From Nannocystales bacterium (GTDB lineage: Bacteria; Myxococcota_A; Polyangia; Nannocystales; Nannocystaceae), in NCBI GenBank assembly GCA_050633305.1, contig JBOEGF010000044.1, positions 1-64,000 on the forward strand: 64,000 nucleotides of DNA, given 5' to 3'. The notes under the pieces are model-generated. The model was given only the letters and a program-made list of their open reading frames with translations, searched no databases and was not told the DNA's origin. The stretch's first letter is position 1. Every line of letters begins with the position of its first letter. A program made the translations under genes and the position numbers. Positions 17,906 through 27,753 of the stretch are shown piece after piece.

Positions 17906-20236
17906 ATGCAGTTTGCTTCGGCTGCTGCCTCGGCACGGGCCTTCGTTCCATGCTTGAGGCTGCGAAGCGAGACCCTGCTCATCGACCAATCGGAAGGCTT
18001 CGGCGACGACTTCCGGGAGGTGGAGAGTGCGGTGATCGATCTTCGCTTCAACTACTCCGGTCTCATCATCGAGGCCGGCAGTCCGTTGTCGCTCGAGCAG
18101 TGCTTTCGCGACGGGCGGGGCGAATCCGAGTGTCGCCGCGTGCTCGAGAGCCTTGGCGCGGTCGAGCTGGCCAACCTCGAGGACATCGCCTTGCTTCCCG
18201 GCGAGTCGGCGGACTACGCCGTCAGCTTGGATGGTGATGCCGATGTGCTCACCGCATTTTCCACGACCGTGGTCCCGAAGCTGAGGGCTTTGGGCTGGGA
18301 AGTGGACATCGACAAGGACTACCCATGTCATGTCGTGAATGAGGCTCGTTGGTACGCCTCCGTCACGGCCGATGCCGGATCGGGCGAGAGCACCGACCCC
18401 GGTGTCGAACCGGATGAGGAGCGTGGGTGGTTCGAACTCGAGCTCGGCGTCGAAGTCGACGGCGAGCAAGTTGATCTCTTGCCCGTGCTCCTCGATCTCA
18501 TCGAAACCCGCGGTATGCAGGCGCTTCTTCAAACGCCTCGCCAACGCCAGATGGCGTTGCCACTGGGCGGCAAGCGGTACCTTGCCGTGCCTCCCGGCCG
18601 AATCCAGGCCGTGGTGCGCGTACTTTCGGAACTCTATGAGATCGAGGGCACTGGGCCTGGAGGCGGCCTCCGTGTCCCGGAGCTGGCTCCCGATGTACTC
18701 GACGAGCTGCAAAGCGCGTTCGAAGACGACAGCCTGAACTGGTCGGGTGACACCGAGCGCGTCCGCATGAAGGTGCCGCGCAACGACCCCCCGATGGTCG
18801 ATCCGCCCCGCGGCCTTCAGGCCACGTTGCGTCCGTACCAGATGGAGGGGTTGGCGTTCCTTCAGAACCTGCGCGAGCATGGCTCCGGGGCAATTCTCGC
18901 GGACGACATGGGCCTGGGCAAGACGCTCCAGACCATCACGCACATCCTCACCGAGAAGGAATCCGGTCGCATGCACGAGCCTGTGCTCGTGGTCGCTCCG
19001 ACATCCTTGGTGGGGAACTGGGCCCGGGAGATCGCGAAGTTCGCTCCCGCGCTCGAGGTTCACGTCCACTACGGCAGCCAACGCCGCCACGTTGTGCGCA
19101 ACGTGAAGTTCAGCGACGTGGTCATCACCACGTATGGCCTGCTGATGCGCGACAGCGACGTGTTTGGGTCGCAGTCCTTCTACATGGTCATCCTCGACGA
19201 GGCGCAGACCATCAAGAACGCACGCTCTCAGGCCCACGCTGCGGTCAAGGCAGTCGATGCTCAGTACCGCATCGCGCTCTCGGGCACGCCGGTCGAGAAC
19301 AACCTCGACGAGTTGTGGGCGCTGTTCGACTTCGCCATGCCGGGGTTGCTCGGGGCAGCTGCTCAGTTTCGGTCGGCCTTCCGCGTGCCGATCGAGAAAC
19401 AGGGCAACACCGACCGGATGGACACGCTTCGGCGTCGCGTCGCACCGTTCATTCTCCGACGGCTCAAGACCGAGGTCGCGACCGATCTTCCGCCCAAGAC
19501 CATTATGGCCTGGCCGGTCGACCTCAAGGGGCCGCAGCGGGACCTCTACGAGTCGATCCGCATCGCCGGGCACGCGTTGGTTCGGAAGGTGGTCAAGAAG
19601 AAGGGCATCGCCGCTTCCACGATCGACATCCTGGGGGCGCTCATGAAGTTGCGCCAGGTATGCTGCGACCCTCGGTTGGTGCGTCTTCGGTCGGCCCATG
19701 AGATCGAGCAGTCTTCCAAGTTCGACGCGCTGTTCGAGACGCTGCCGGGCATGCTCGAGCAGGGGCGACAGGTCCTTATCTTCTCGCAGTTCACTCGGAT
19801 GTTGTCGTTGATCGGCGACGAGCTTCGCGAACGAGGCATCCCATTCGTTGTGATCACGGGAAGCACGACCGATCGGCAGGCGGCGGTCGACCAGTTTCAG
19901 TCGGGGCAGGCCAAGGTGTTTTTGCTCAGCCTCAAGGCGGCTGGGACTGGGCTCAACCTTGTCGCGGCAGACACGGTCATCCACTTCGATCCGTGGTGGA
20001 ATCCGGCGGCTCAAGCACAAGCCACGGACCGGGCCTATCGCATCGGCCAGAAGCGGCCCGTGTTTGTCTACAACATGATCGTCAGCGGTAGCGTCGAGGA
20101 GCGCATGGTTGCGCTTCAGCAGCACAAGCAGGCGCTGGCCGACGGGCTGCTGGCCAAGGACGACGTGCAAATCGAACTCACGGCTGGTGATGTCGACAAC
20201 TTGTTCGCGCCTCTGGACGACAAGAAGAGTTCGTAG
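17906..20236 (+). CDS. SNF2/SWI2-family helicase-like ATPase
   Basis: LRPYQ, LADDMGLGKT, DEAQ, LSGTPVEN, LRRLK, FSQF and QATDRAYRIGQ. Confidence 0.95.
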   Translation: MQFASAAASARAFVPCLRLRSETLLIDQSEGFGDDFREVESAVIDLRFNYSGLIIEAGSPLSLEQCFRDGRGESECRRVLESLGAVELANLEDIALLPGESADYAVSLDGDADVLTAFSTTVVPKLRALGWEVDIDKDYPCHVVNEARWYASVTADAGSGESTDPGVEPDEERGWFELELGVEVDGEQVDLLPVLLDLIETRGMQALLQTPRQRQMALPLGGKRYLAVPPGRIQAVVRVLSELYEIEGTGPGGGLRVPELAPDVLDELQSAFEDDSLNWSGDTERVRMKVPRNDPPMVDPPRGLQATLRPYQMEGLAFLQNLREHGSGAILADDMGLGKTLQTITHILTEKESGRMHEPVLVVAPTSLVGNWAREIAKFAPALEVHVHYGSQRRHVVRNVKFSDVVITTYGLLMRDSDVFGSQSFYMVILDEAQTIKNARSQAHAAVKAVDAQYRIALSGTPVENNLDELWALFDFAMPGLLGAAAQFRSAFRVPIEKQGNTDRMDTLRRRVAPFILRRLKTEVATDLPPKTIMAWPVDLKGPQRDLYESIRIAGHALVRKVVKKKGIAASTIDILGALMKLRQVCCDPRLVRLRSAHEIEQSSKFDALFETLPGMLEQGRQVLIFSQFTRMLSLIGDELRERGIPFVVITGSTTDRQAAVDQFQSGQAKVFLLSLKAAGTGLNLVAADTVIHFDPWWNPAAQAQATDRAYRIGQKRPVFVYNMIVSGSVEERMVALQQHKQALADGLLAKDDVQIELTAGDVDNLFAPLDDKKSS

Positions 20237-20363
20237 GTCGGGGCGGTGTCCCCGGGGGCCAGTCACCTTTGAACGGCGTTACGGCCCGGTGGCCTGGCCT
20301 ATAGGGGAGTCGCTTGCGGACCAACGAGCTCCTCCCTCGAAGCGCAAACGCGCCGTGGGCGGC

Positions 20364-20541
20364 TCTGAGGTGAAGAATCGTCCGTGATTCGCGGCTCTGG
20401 GTCCGCCCTCAAGCAGGGTGCGCGAAGCCCGTGACTTGGCCCACGTCACCGGCGCGGGCGCCGAGTCGCGAATCAGGGTAAGCCCATCGCTCCGGACCGG
20501 CTTCCACGACGTGCGTGGCGGTCGGTGTCCGGGTCCTCAGA
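20364..20541 (+). promoter_or_regulatory. candidate structured 5' leader of the RRM gene
   Basis: Nested complementary stems: 20364-70/20535-41, 20385-97/20463-75 and 20492-97/20527-32. Confidence 0.35.
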
Positions 20542-20577
20542 CGCGTGGCTGATGCTGCGCAACGAAGAAGACGATCG

Positions 20578-20919
20578 ATGACAGACAAACTTTTTGTGGG
20601 CGGCCTGAGCTGGGATACCAACGACGAAAGCCTTTCGAACGCTTTCGGTCAGTTCGGAGCAGTGAAGGAAGCAAAAGTGATCCTCGACCGCGAGACCGGA
20701 CGGTCGCGTGGCTTTGGATTCGTGACCATGTCGGAGCCCGAGGCAGCCCAGACTGCCATGCAGGAGCTCGACGGCAGCTCACTCGACGGCCGCGCCATCC
20801 GCGTCAATGAAGCAACCGATCGTCGAGGCGGCGGTGGTGGTGGCGGCGGACGTGGTGGCCGAGGCGGAGGCGGCGGTGGTTATGGCGGCGGCGGCGGCGG
20901 CGGTCGCGACCGCTACTAG
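20578..20919 (+). CDS. RRM RNA-binding protein with Gly/Arg-rich tail
   Basis: RNP2 KLFVGGL, RNP1 RGFGFVTM and a GGGRGG tail. Confidence 0.95.
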   Translation: MTDKLFVGGLSWDTNDESLSNAFGQFGAVKEAKVILDRETGRSRGFGFVTMSEPEAAQTAMQELDGSSLDGRAIRVNEATDRRGGGGGGGGRGGRGGGGGGYGGGGGGGRDRY

Positions 20920-21620
20920 TCGACGCTTCTGGCGATCTCAGCCCCGTTCGTGCCTGCACGTTCGGGGCTTTGTCGTGGGAGTTCGAGCGAGGCGAGCGCC
21001 CGTTCGAAGCTGTCTTCTGCGTTTGCGATCGCGGAGAGGGTGCGGCTGCGGCCGAGCATTGCGCCGAGGAAGATACTCAGGAGAATCGTGAAGACCGCGA
21101 CGGAGCCTCCGAGCAACCCCTTGCCGAGTGCAGCAAAGAGGCTCATGCCGAGCATCATCCCGGCGCCGAGGCCTAGTGAGGCGCCCGCACTGACCGACGC
21201 TGTCGCCGTGTTGACGAAGCGCTCGCTGATCTGCACGAGCGTCCCGTCCCCTTGGCTTTCAAAGGTGACCACGACATGCCGAGCGGTCCACGTTGCGTGC
21301 GCTTCATCCTCGGACCGTTCTCCCTTGGCGCCGAAGATCGAGTCGAGTCGTGCAAGCAAGTGCGCTCGAACCTTTGGGTCGCTCAAGTCGGTATCGAGCC
21401 AACGCCGACGCACGACCCGGGTCGGGACGCCAAGCGTTCGCGGAGGTTGAACCGCTTCGAGCGACTGCTCCCACGCCGCACGTCGCATCAACGCCCGGTC
21501 GATCCCCACCTCGGCGGCGGCGTCCTCGAGTTGGGCGAGTCGGTCCTCGTCCTCCGAGGACTGCTGCATCTGCGCGGCGCGAGCGAGGATCCGCGCCATT
21601 CGGGTATCGGGGTCGCTCAT
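20916..21620 (-). CDS. hypothetical membrane protein
   Basis: N-terminal ILARAAQ..LEDAAAEVGID helical motif; two C-terminal hydrophobic helices. Confidence 0.65.
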   Translation of the reverse strand: MSDPDTRMARILARAAQMQQSSEDEDRLAQLEDAAAEVGIDRALMRRAAWEQSLEAVQPPRTLGVPTRVVRRRWLDTDLSDPKVRAHLLARLDSIFGAKGERSEDEAHATWTARHVVVTFESQGDGTLVQISERFVNTATASVSAGASLGLGAGMMLGMSLFAALGKGLLGGSVAVFTILLSIFLGAMLGRSRTLSAIANAEDSFERALASLELPRQSPERAGTNGAEIARSVD

Positions 21621-21852
21621 GGCGTCGCTCGGGCACAATACCTTCGCTGGAGCCAGTCCATTCCCACGTCGTTGACTGAACGTCGTCGTTGCGGGGTGTT
21701 CGACCCTCGTGACGCGCTCCCGCCGTCGACACCGGCTGTGATGGGCGGGCCGACGCGTGGACGTCTCCGGCTCCTGCGGGTGCCCCCTGACCGCGACCGG
21801 GTACGGGTTGCGGCCCCTTGACAGTGGCTCTCAGCGCGGCACCCTCGCACGT

Positions 21853-23856
21853 GTGAAGGGCTTCTCTCGGGTTTCCGCTGCGGTTCCCACCTGTGTCGTC
21901 GCGGACGCGCAGGCCAACGCGGCCAACACGATCGCGCTGATGCAGCGAAGCGATGCGCAGGGGGATGCCGTCGTGGTCTTCCCCGAGTTGGGACTCACCG
22001 GGTACACGGCGCGCGATCTGTTCGCCGACACTCACATGCTGGGCCAGGCCGAGGCGGCGCTCGGGAGCATCGCTCAGGCGAGCGCCGAACTTCGCGGGCT
22101 CACGTTGGTGGGGCTGCCGCTGCGACACGGCGTGGGTGTGTACAACGTTGCGGCCGCCGTCCACGGCGGAAAGGTCCTGGGCGTGGTCCCCAAGTCCTAC
22201 CTACCCACGTACCGCGAGTTCGAGGAGGCACGCTGGTTTCGTCCCGGTACCGAGGTCGCGCCGGGCTCCGTCGCACAGGTGCTCGGCCAAGTTGTCCCGT
22301 TTGGCACGGACCTCCTCTTCCGCGCTGGCGAACTCATGGTCGGCGTTGAGATCTGCGAGGACCTCTGGGTGCAGGTTCCACCGCACAGCAAGCTTGTCGG
22401 GGCCGGGGCCAACGTGATCTGCAACCTCTCGGCGTCCAACTTCACCGTCGGCAAGGCCCGGCTGCGTCGCACGTTGGCGGCCTCGGCGAGCGACCGCGGG
22501 AAATGTGCGTACATCTACGTCGCGGCAGGGCCTGGGGAATCCTCGACCGACCTCGCGTTCGATGCGGACGCGTTTGTTTGCGAGAACGGACGGGTGCTGG
22601 CGGAGTCCAAGCGCTTCGATCGCGCACCGCAGCTGGTCACGGCCGACATCGATGTGGAGTTCTTGGCCCACGACCGGCGTGTGACCGGCACGTTTGGCGA
22701 TTGCGCTGCGCACAACAACACGCCTATCCGCACCCTGACGTTCTCGGACCCGCCCGAGTTCGAGAAGCCCTTGCGCCGGAGCGAGTCGCGTCATCCCTTC
22801 GTTCCGCACGATCCCGCGACGCTGGGTGACCGCTGCTGGGAGATCTTCGAGATCCAGACCCACGCGCTCGCGACTCGGATGGAAGCGATCGGCGAGCCCA
22901 ACCTCATCTTGGGGCTGTCGGGCGGACTCGACTCGACCCAGGCCGCGCTGGTCTGTGCCGGCGCGCTCGACCTCCTTGGACGCCCTCGCGATGCGCTCCG
23001 TTGCGTGACGATGCCGGGCTTCGGAACCACGGACGGTACGCGAGGAAACGCGGAAGCTCTCGCAGACCTGCTTGGCGCTCAGCTACGAACGTTGTCGGTC
23101 TCCGAGGTCAGCCATGCGGTGTTGAACCTCGTTGGTCACGCCGCCACAGATGACGCGCCCAACGTCGGCACGATGCTGGCTCGGTTGCGTGCCCATCCCG
23201 AGCTTGGCGATGTCGCGTTGGAAAACGTGCAGGCCCGGATGCGCACTCTGGTGCTGATGACCGAGGCCAATCGCCAAGGCGGAATCGTTGTCGGGACCGG
23301 CGACCTCTCCGAGAAAGCGCTGGGCTGGTCGACCTACGCGGGGGATCAGATCGCCATGTACGACGTCAACGCCGGAATCCCCAAGACCCTGATCCAGTCG
23401 GTCATTCGTTGGGTGGCCAACGAAAAGGTCTCCACATGGTCTGGCGACGCAGAGGCCCTACGCCGGACACTGTTCGACATCCTGGATACGCCGATCTCTC
23501 CGGAGTTGTTGCCCGCCGACGCTGACGGACAGATCGCACAGCTCACCGAGTCCAGCATCGGCCCCTACGAGCTGCACGACTTCTATCTCTACGCCTTGGT
23601 CCGCAAGGGCGCGCGGCCGGCCAGGATCCTGGACCTCGCCCAGGTCGCGTTCGGTGACGACTACGACCTCGCCACCCACAAGAAGTGGCTGCGCACCTTC
23701 ATCTCACGGTTCTTCCGATTCCAGTTCAAACGTTCGTGCACGCCTGATGGGCCGAAGGTCGGACAGGTCGCGCTGTCTCCCCGCGGAGACTGGCGGATGC
23801 CCTCCGATGCGCGTGCAAGCACGTGGCTGGCGGAAGTGGACGCGTACGGTTCATGA
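21853..23856 (+). CDS. nadE: glutamine-dependent NAD+ synthetase
   Basis: Nitrilase domain (FPEL, PKSYLP, EICEDLW) plus NAD synthase domain (LSGGLDS, ENVQAR, GDLSE, QFKRS); TTGACA at 21818-21823. Confidence 0.95.
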   Translation: MKGFSRVSAAVPTCVVADAQANAANTIALMQRSDAQGDAVVVFPELGLTGYTARDLFADTHMLGQAEAALGSIAQASAELRGLTLVGLPLRHGVGVYNVAAAVHGGKVLGVVPKSYLPTYREFEEARWFRPGTEVAPGSVAQVLGQVVPFGTDLLFRAGELMVGVEICEDLWVQVPPHSKLVGAGANVICNLSASNFTVGKARLRRTLAASASDRGKCAYIYVAAGPGESSTDLAFDADAFVCENGRVLAESKRFDRAPQLVTADIDVEFLAHDRRVTGTFGDCAAHNNTPIRTLTFSDPPEFEKPLRRSESRHPFVPHDPATLGDRCWEIFEIQTHALATRMEAIGEPNLILGLSGGLDSTQAALVCAGALDLLGRPRDALRCVTMPGFGTTDGTRGNAEALADLLGAQLRTLSVSEVSHAVLNLVGHAATDDAPNVGTMLARLRAHPELGDVALENVQARMRTLVLMTEANRQGGIVVGTGDLSEKALGWSTYAGDQIAMYDVNAGIPKTLIQSVIRWVANEKVSTWSGDAEALRRTLFDILDTPISPELLPADADGQIAQLTESSIGPYELHDFYLYALVRKGARPARILDLAQVAFGDDYDLATHKKWLRTFISRFFRFQFKRSCTPDGPKVGQVALSPRGDWRMPSDARASTWLAEVDAYGS

Positions 23857-24917
23857 GGCGGGTTCTTGGGCTTGGCCTTGCTCTGCTTGCGTGTCGCCCC
23901 GAGCCGGTCCCCATCGACGCCCCACCCACGCCGTACCGCCGCGACCTGCAACTCACCGAGGCCCAAGCCCGGTCCCTGGGAGCGCTGGCGGCGGAGGCCG
24001 ATGAGCATCCCACCGACGTCTCGGCCCTCAAGCGTTCGGGCATGGCGCATATGCGTTTTGCGCTGAGCGGAGTTCTTCCGCTGCGCGACCGGGCCGAGCA
24101 GGACCTGGAGGCTGCGTTCGAGCTCGACCCGACCGACAAGCAGCTTACCCGGACGTTGGGGCGCTTCTACAACCTCCGCGCCGTCGGCGGAGACGACACC
24201 AAGGCCCAGATGCAGGCGCGGGTCTATGCCGCGCATTTGGGCGAGGTCGCACCGGAGCAGCTACAGACCTCAGAGTTCGTCGCGTACAGTTTCTCGCGGT
24301 TGGGGGCGATTCTCTCGGATCGCAATCGCGGGCAGCTCGTCGCTGCACTGTCGAAGATCAAGGCTCTGGAGACCGAACTCAGAGAGGCAACCGAGCGCAG
24401 TCCCGACGACCTCGAGCTCAAGGCGCTGGCGGGGAACTTCGCATTTTTCTTTGCAGGCAACGTCCCCTTCGGACGGCGCGCCCGCGTCGAGGATGCGGTC
24501 GGCTACTTCGAGCCGCTCCGTGCCCGGTGGACCGACCTGCGCCGCGGCGCGCGGCATCCTGGGGAATGCCCCAACACCTACGAGAACTTCATGTTCGAGC
24601 TGGCCGAAGGCTACACGGTCCTCGAGCGGCTCGACGAGGCACGGGAAGTCTACGGCGAACTCTCGGAGCTCCGGGAGCCCCGAACGCGGGCGAAAGAACA
24701 GGTGGCGTACGTCAGCGCCGAGCGCTTGCGAAACCTGGAGCAGTACGCCGGAGAGATGGACCTCATGCCTCCGTGGCCCAGCGACGTCGGCAACTGCGTG
24801 GTGTGCCACAGCTACGACGCGGATGTTCCAATGACGTCGCTGTACGCGTCTCCCCCCATCACGTTGGACGACATCCCGCGGGGCCGTCTCGCCCCCAAGC
24901 CCGCGCCGAGACCGTAG
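23853..24917 (+). CDS. TPR-like lipoprotein with C-terminal CxxCH motif
   Basis: ATGA overlap with the nadE stop; lipobox LLAC; helical repeats; NCVVCH near the C-terminus. Confidence 0.7.
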   Translation: MRRVLGLGLALLACRPEPVPIDAPPTPYRRDLQLTEAQARSLGALAAEADEHPTDVSALKRSGMAHMRFALSGVLPLRDRAEQDLEAAFELDPTDKQLTRTLGRFYNLRAVGGDDTKAQMQARVYAAHLGEVAPEQLQTSEFVAYSFSRLGAILSDRNRGQLVAALSKIKALETELREATERSPDDLELKALAGNFAFFFAGNVPFGRRARVEDAVGYFEPLRARWTDLRRGARHPGECPNTYENFMFELAEGYTVLERLDEAREVYGELSELREPRTRAKEQVAYVSAERLRNLEQYAGEMDLMPPWPSDVGNCVVCHSYDADVPMTSLYASPPITLDDIPRGRLAPKPAPRP

Positions 24918-24951
24918 CTTCTCGCTCGCCGGAACGAGAGCGCCGACCGCA

Positions 24952-25383
24952 TTAGCGGCCTGTGCCCGTGGCAGCTCTGCGGGCAGAGCCGCCCCGAAAG
25001 CGACCGAACACCGAGGGTGCTCCGGCCAAGAACCAGATGCCCAGGACGGGGTCCATGATCGCGCAGCCCATCGACGACTGGGCGGAGAACGGCCAGATCG
25101 GGTTTCCGTACATGTGGTGTGCGAGGTCCCAGACACTGTGCAGAATCCAGGCGACCCCGATCCACCGGTAGCTGCGCAGTCCCGCATAGCACACCGCGCA
25201 ACCGACGATTGCAACGTAGGGGAGCTCCCAGATGCCGAATCCTCCTCCGCTGAGGTACGCCGCACTGGCTCCGCCAACGAACAGGGCGTTGAAGGTCCGT
25301 CGAGCGGGTTCCTGGACGAGCGACATGATGCTGATGAACACGAGTCCGGCGAGGACAGGTCCCACGTATTCGAGAACGTGCAT
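24952..25383 (-). CDS. small integral membrane protein (DUF6010-like)
   Basis: About 5 hydrophobic helices; GASAAYLSGG and WILHSVWDLAHH motifs. Confidence 0.75.
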   Translation of the reverse strand: MHVLEYVGPVLAGLVFISIMSLVQEPARRTFNALFVGGASAAYLSGGGFGIWELPYVAIVGCAVCYAGLRSYRWIGVAWILHSVWDLAHHMYGNPIWPFSAQSSMGCAIMDPVLGIWFLAGAPSVFGRFRGGSARRAATGTGR

Positions 25384-25447
25384 CGTGCAATCATCGCTTT
25401 TGCGTCACACTTCTCCAGTGGCACGAAAGACAACGTTCGACCGATTT

Positions 25448-26374
25448 TTGCCAGGTGCAGTCGTCGCTGTTCTGGCGTTCGATGGTGTCGTGCTGGGTGA
25501 CTTGGCGGTGCCGTGCGAGGTGTTCTCCCGGGCGGGCTACGAGGTCCGGGTCTGTGGAGCGCAACCCCGAGCAACGAGCCGGCACCTGTCGCTGAGCCCT
25601 CCATTCCGGCTCGCGTCGGTGGCGCGGGCCCACACGCTCATCGTTCCCGGCGTCGCGGACATCGACGCGCCGGTGTCCTCCGCGGTTCTTCGCGCGGTGG
25701 AGCGCGCGGCCGCTCGCGGGACCCGTATCGCCTCGATCTGCACGGGTGCGTTTGTGCTGGCGGCAGCCGGCCTTCTCGACGGGCGCCGGGCGACCACGCA
25801 TTGGCTCGCAGCCGATGCGCTTGCGCAACGCTGCCCGAGGACCGCGGTCGACCCGGCGGTTCTGTATGTGGAGGACGGCCGGGTCTGCACATCCGCGGGT
25901 GGTGCGGCGGCGTTCGACCTTTGCCTCCATTTGGTCCGCAGCGATCTGGGGGCCGAGCATGCGGCCAGAGTCGCCCGAGGATGCGTCATGCCGCTGGAGA
26001 GGGCGGGGGGCCAGGCGCAGTTCATCGAACATCCGGGTCCGGTGGCTGACGACACATCTTTGGCACCGGTCTTGGAGTGGATCGAGACCCATCTCGATGC
26101 GGATCTCTCGCTGCCCACTCTTGCGCGGCGAGCGTGCCTCAGCGAGCGCACGCTCAGTCGCAGGTTTCGACAGCAGATGGGGTGTCCACCCGCGAAGTGG
26201 ATCAGTCGCGCACGTGTACACCGAGCCCAGCGATTGCTCGAGACCACCTCGATGCCGATTGAGCATGTGGCTGAAGCATCTGGCTTCGGATCGGCGACTG
26301 CGATGCGGTCGTGTTTCCGGCGGCTGGTGAGGACCAGTCCTCAGGCCCATCGACGTGCGTTCCTCTCCGGTTGA
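25448..26374 (+). CDS. GlxA/FtrA-family AraC regulator with DJ-1/PfpI domain
   Basis: SICTGAFVLAAAGLLDGRRATTHW, R.GGQAQF and AraC HTH; divergent from the membrane-protein gene; TTG start uncertain. Confidence 0.92.
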   Translation: MPGAVVAVLAFDGVVLGDLAVPCEVFSRAGYEVRVCGAQPRATSRHLSLSPPFRLASVARAHTLIVPGVADIDAPVSSAVLRAVERAAARGTRIASICTGAFVLAAAGLLDGRRATTHWLAADALAQRCPRTAVDPAVLYVEDGRVCTSAGGAAAFDLCLHLVRSDLGAEHAARVARGCVMPLERAGGQAQFIEHPGPVADDTSLAPVLEWIETHLDADLSLPTLARRACLSERTLSRRFRQQMGCPPAKWISRARVHRAQRLLETTSMPIEHVAEASGFGSATAMRSCFRRLVRTSPQAHRRAFLSG

Positions 26375-26405
26375 CCGCGACGTGGCGTACACTGAGACCC
26401 GACGG

Positions 26406-27038
26406 ATGATGTCCGACCCGACCCCGAGGAAGAAACGCGGCCGACCTCGCGCGTACGACCCGGAGCATGCTCTGGATGCCGCGCTGGAGGTGTTCTGGAC
26501 GCGCGGGTTGGATGGGACGTCTCTCGAGGATCTTCGCGAGGCGACCGGCATGAACCGCCCGAGTCTTGCCGCGGCGTTTGGAGACAAGCGCGCGATCTAC
26601 CTCCGCACCCTGGCCCGGTTCCGGGACCGCCTATGCGCAGATGGGACGTCGGCCCTGGAGGCCGCGCCCTCGCTGGAGGGAAAGCTGGAGTCGTTCTACG
26701 GGTCGTTGATTCGGCACTACGGTCCGGACGGGGGGCACCTCGGCCGTGGTTGCATGCTGCTGGGTGCGGCTACGGTCCTCGCCCCGACCGACCCAGATGT
26801 CGCGACCGAGCTCACCGCGCTGCTCGATCAGGTTCACGCTGTGCTGCTTCGGATCTTCAAGGACGCCCAAGCGAGCGGAGAGCTTTCGCAGACTGCCGAC
26901 CCACGGGAGCTTGCCTGGCTGGCCGCGGCGGTCCAGCACAGCCTGTCGACTCGTGCGCGAGCCGGAGCCTCCAAGCGGCAGCTGTCCTCCTTTGCACGGG
27001 CGTCGGTCCGACAGGTGCTTCGAGCGTCGACGGCCTGA
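26406..27038 (+). CDS. TetR/AcrR family regulator
   Basis: RGRPRAYD..ALDAALEVFW..TSLEDL..GMNRPSL..FGDK; GCML. Confidence 0.92.
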   Translation: MMSDPTPRKKRGRPRAYDPEHALDAALEVFWTRGLDGTSLEDLREATGMNRPSLAAAFGDKRAIYLRTLARFRDRLCADGTSALEAAPSLEGKLESFYGSLIRHYGPDGGHLGRGCMLLGAATVLAPTDPDVATELTALLDQVHAVLLRIFKDAQASGELSQTADPRELAWLAAAVQHSLSTRARAGASKRQLSSFARASVRQVLRASTA

Positions 27039-27059
27039 GTCGCCCGCCATCGTTGACGC

Positions 27060-27698
27060 TCACTCCGCGAACTTGGAGTGGGCGACGGTGTCGCAGAAGT
27101 TCGGGGTTTCAAATCCCGCGACGTGCCGACAACCCACGTCGGCGATCACGTGGGAGGTCGCCGCGCGGGGGTCGTCGAGCAGTCGCTGTTTCAAGAGCTC
27201 CATGAGGGCTTGCTTGAAGCCGAGCCGAGGCCAGCGGTCGAGGATCTGCTCGAGTGCGCCAGGTGAGAGCATCTCGAGCGGTACCACGCCGACGTCGAGG
27301 GCCGCGCCCAGCTGCACGAGTGCGATCTCGGGCTGCTTTCGTTGCGGGATGACGGCCGTGGTGTGTAGCGCGATGGCGTCCCAGACCAGTTCGACCTGTC
27401 GCTCGGGCATTCCCTGCCGGGTCAGGAACTCTTGGGCTGCGTCGGCGCCATCGACCTCGAACCGCTCGTTCGTGGGGACGGTCTCGCAGAGCCCCAGGTC
27501 GTGCAAAATACAACCGATGTACAGAACCTCGGCGTCGTACGTGGGCCCTCGCCCGCCCACCGTTGCGGCAAAGGCGTAGGTGCGCATCACGTGGTTGAAG
27601 AGAAATGGAGGCGAGACCCGCTCCGCGTAGGCGCGTGACGCGACGCATAGCGGGCTGTCCGGGAGAACGATGTCGTCAGGAGGTCGCGTGGAATCCAT
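27060..27698 (-). CDS. HD-domain hydrolase (cyanamide hydratase-like)
   Basis: NHVMRTY, LHDLG, RFEVDGADAA and WDAIALHT. Confidence 0.88.
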   Translation of the reverse strand: MDSTRPPDDIVLPDSPLCVASRAYAERVSPPFLFNHVMRTYAFAATVGGRGPTYDAEVLYIGCILHDLGLCETVPTNERFEVDGADAAQEFLTRQGMPERQVELVWDAIALHTTAVIPQRKQPEIALVQLGAALDVGVVPLEMLSPGALEQILDRWPRLGFKQALMELLKQRLLDDPRAATSHVIADVGCRHVAGFETPNFCDTVAHSKFAE

Positions 27699-27723
27699 AT
27701 TTTGTTCGGTTGTGAACAAAATA
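27698..27723. promoter_or_regulatory. perfect inverted repeat TATTTTGTTC-N6-GAACAAAATA, likely TetR operator
   Basis: AT-rich 10-bp arms abutting the start codon of the HD gene; TetR gene adjacent. Confidence 0.7.
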
Positions 27724-27753
27724 GCGGCGGATGGGTTTTGTGCAAGGGGGTAT

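Noticed and set aside
17906..20236. SNF2 ATPase as part of an anti-phage system
   Set aside because: No methylase, nuclease or other defence genes adjacent; resembles the standalone bacterial SNF2
17789..20266. 825-aa antisense ORF over the SNF2 gene, and many similar long shadow ORFs
   Set aside because: Expected antisense open frames in high-GC coding DNA; no motifs, and the opposite strand has clear family signatures
20826..20905. GGC/GGT trinucleotide run as a contingency repeat
   Set aside because: Encodes the normal Gly-rich tail of RRM proteins
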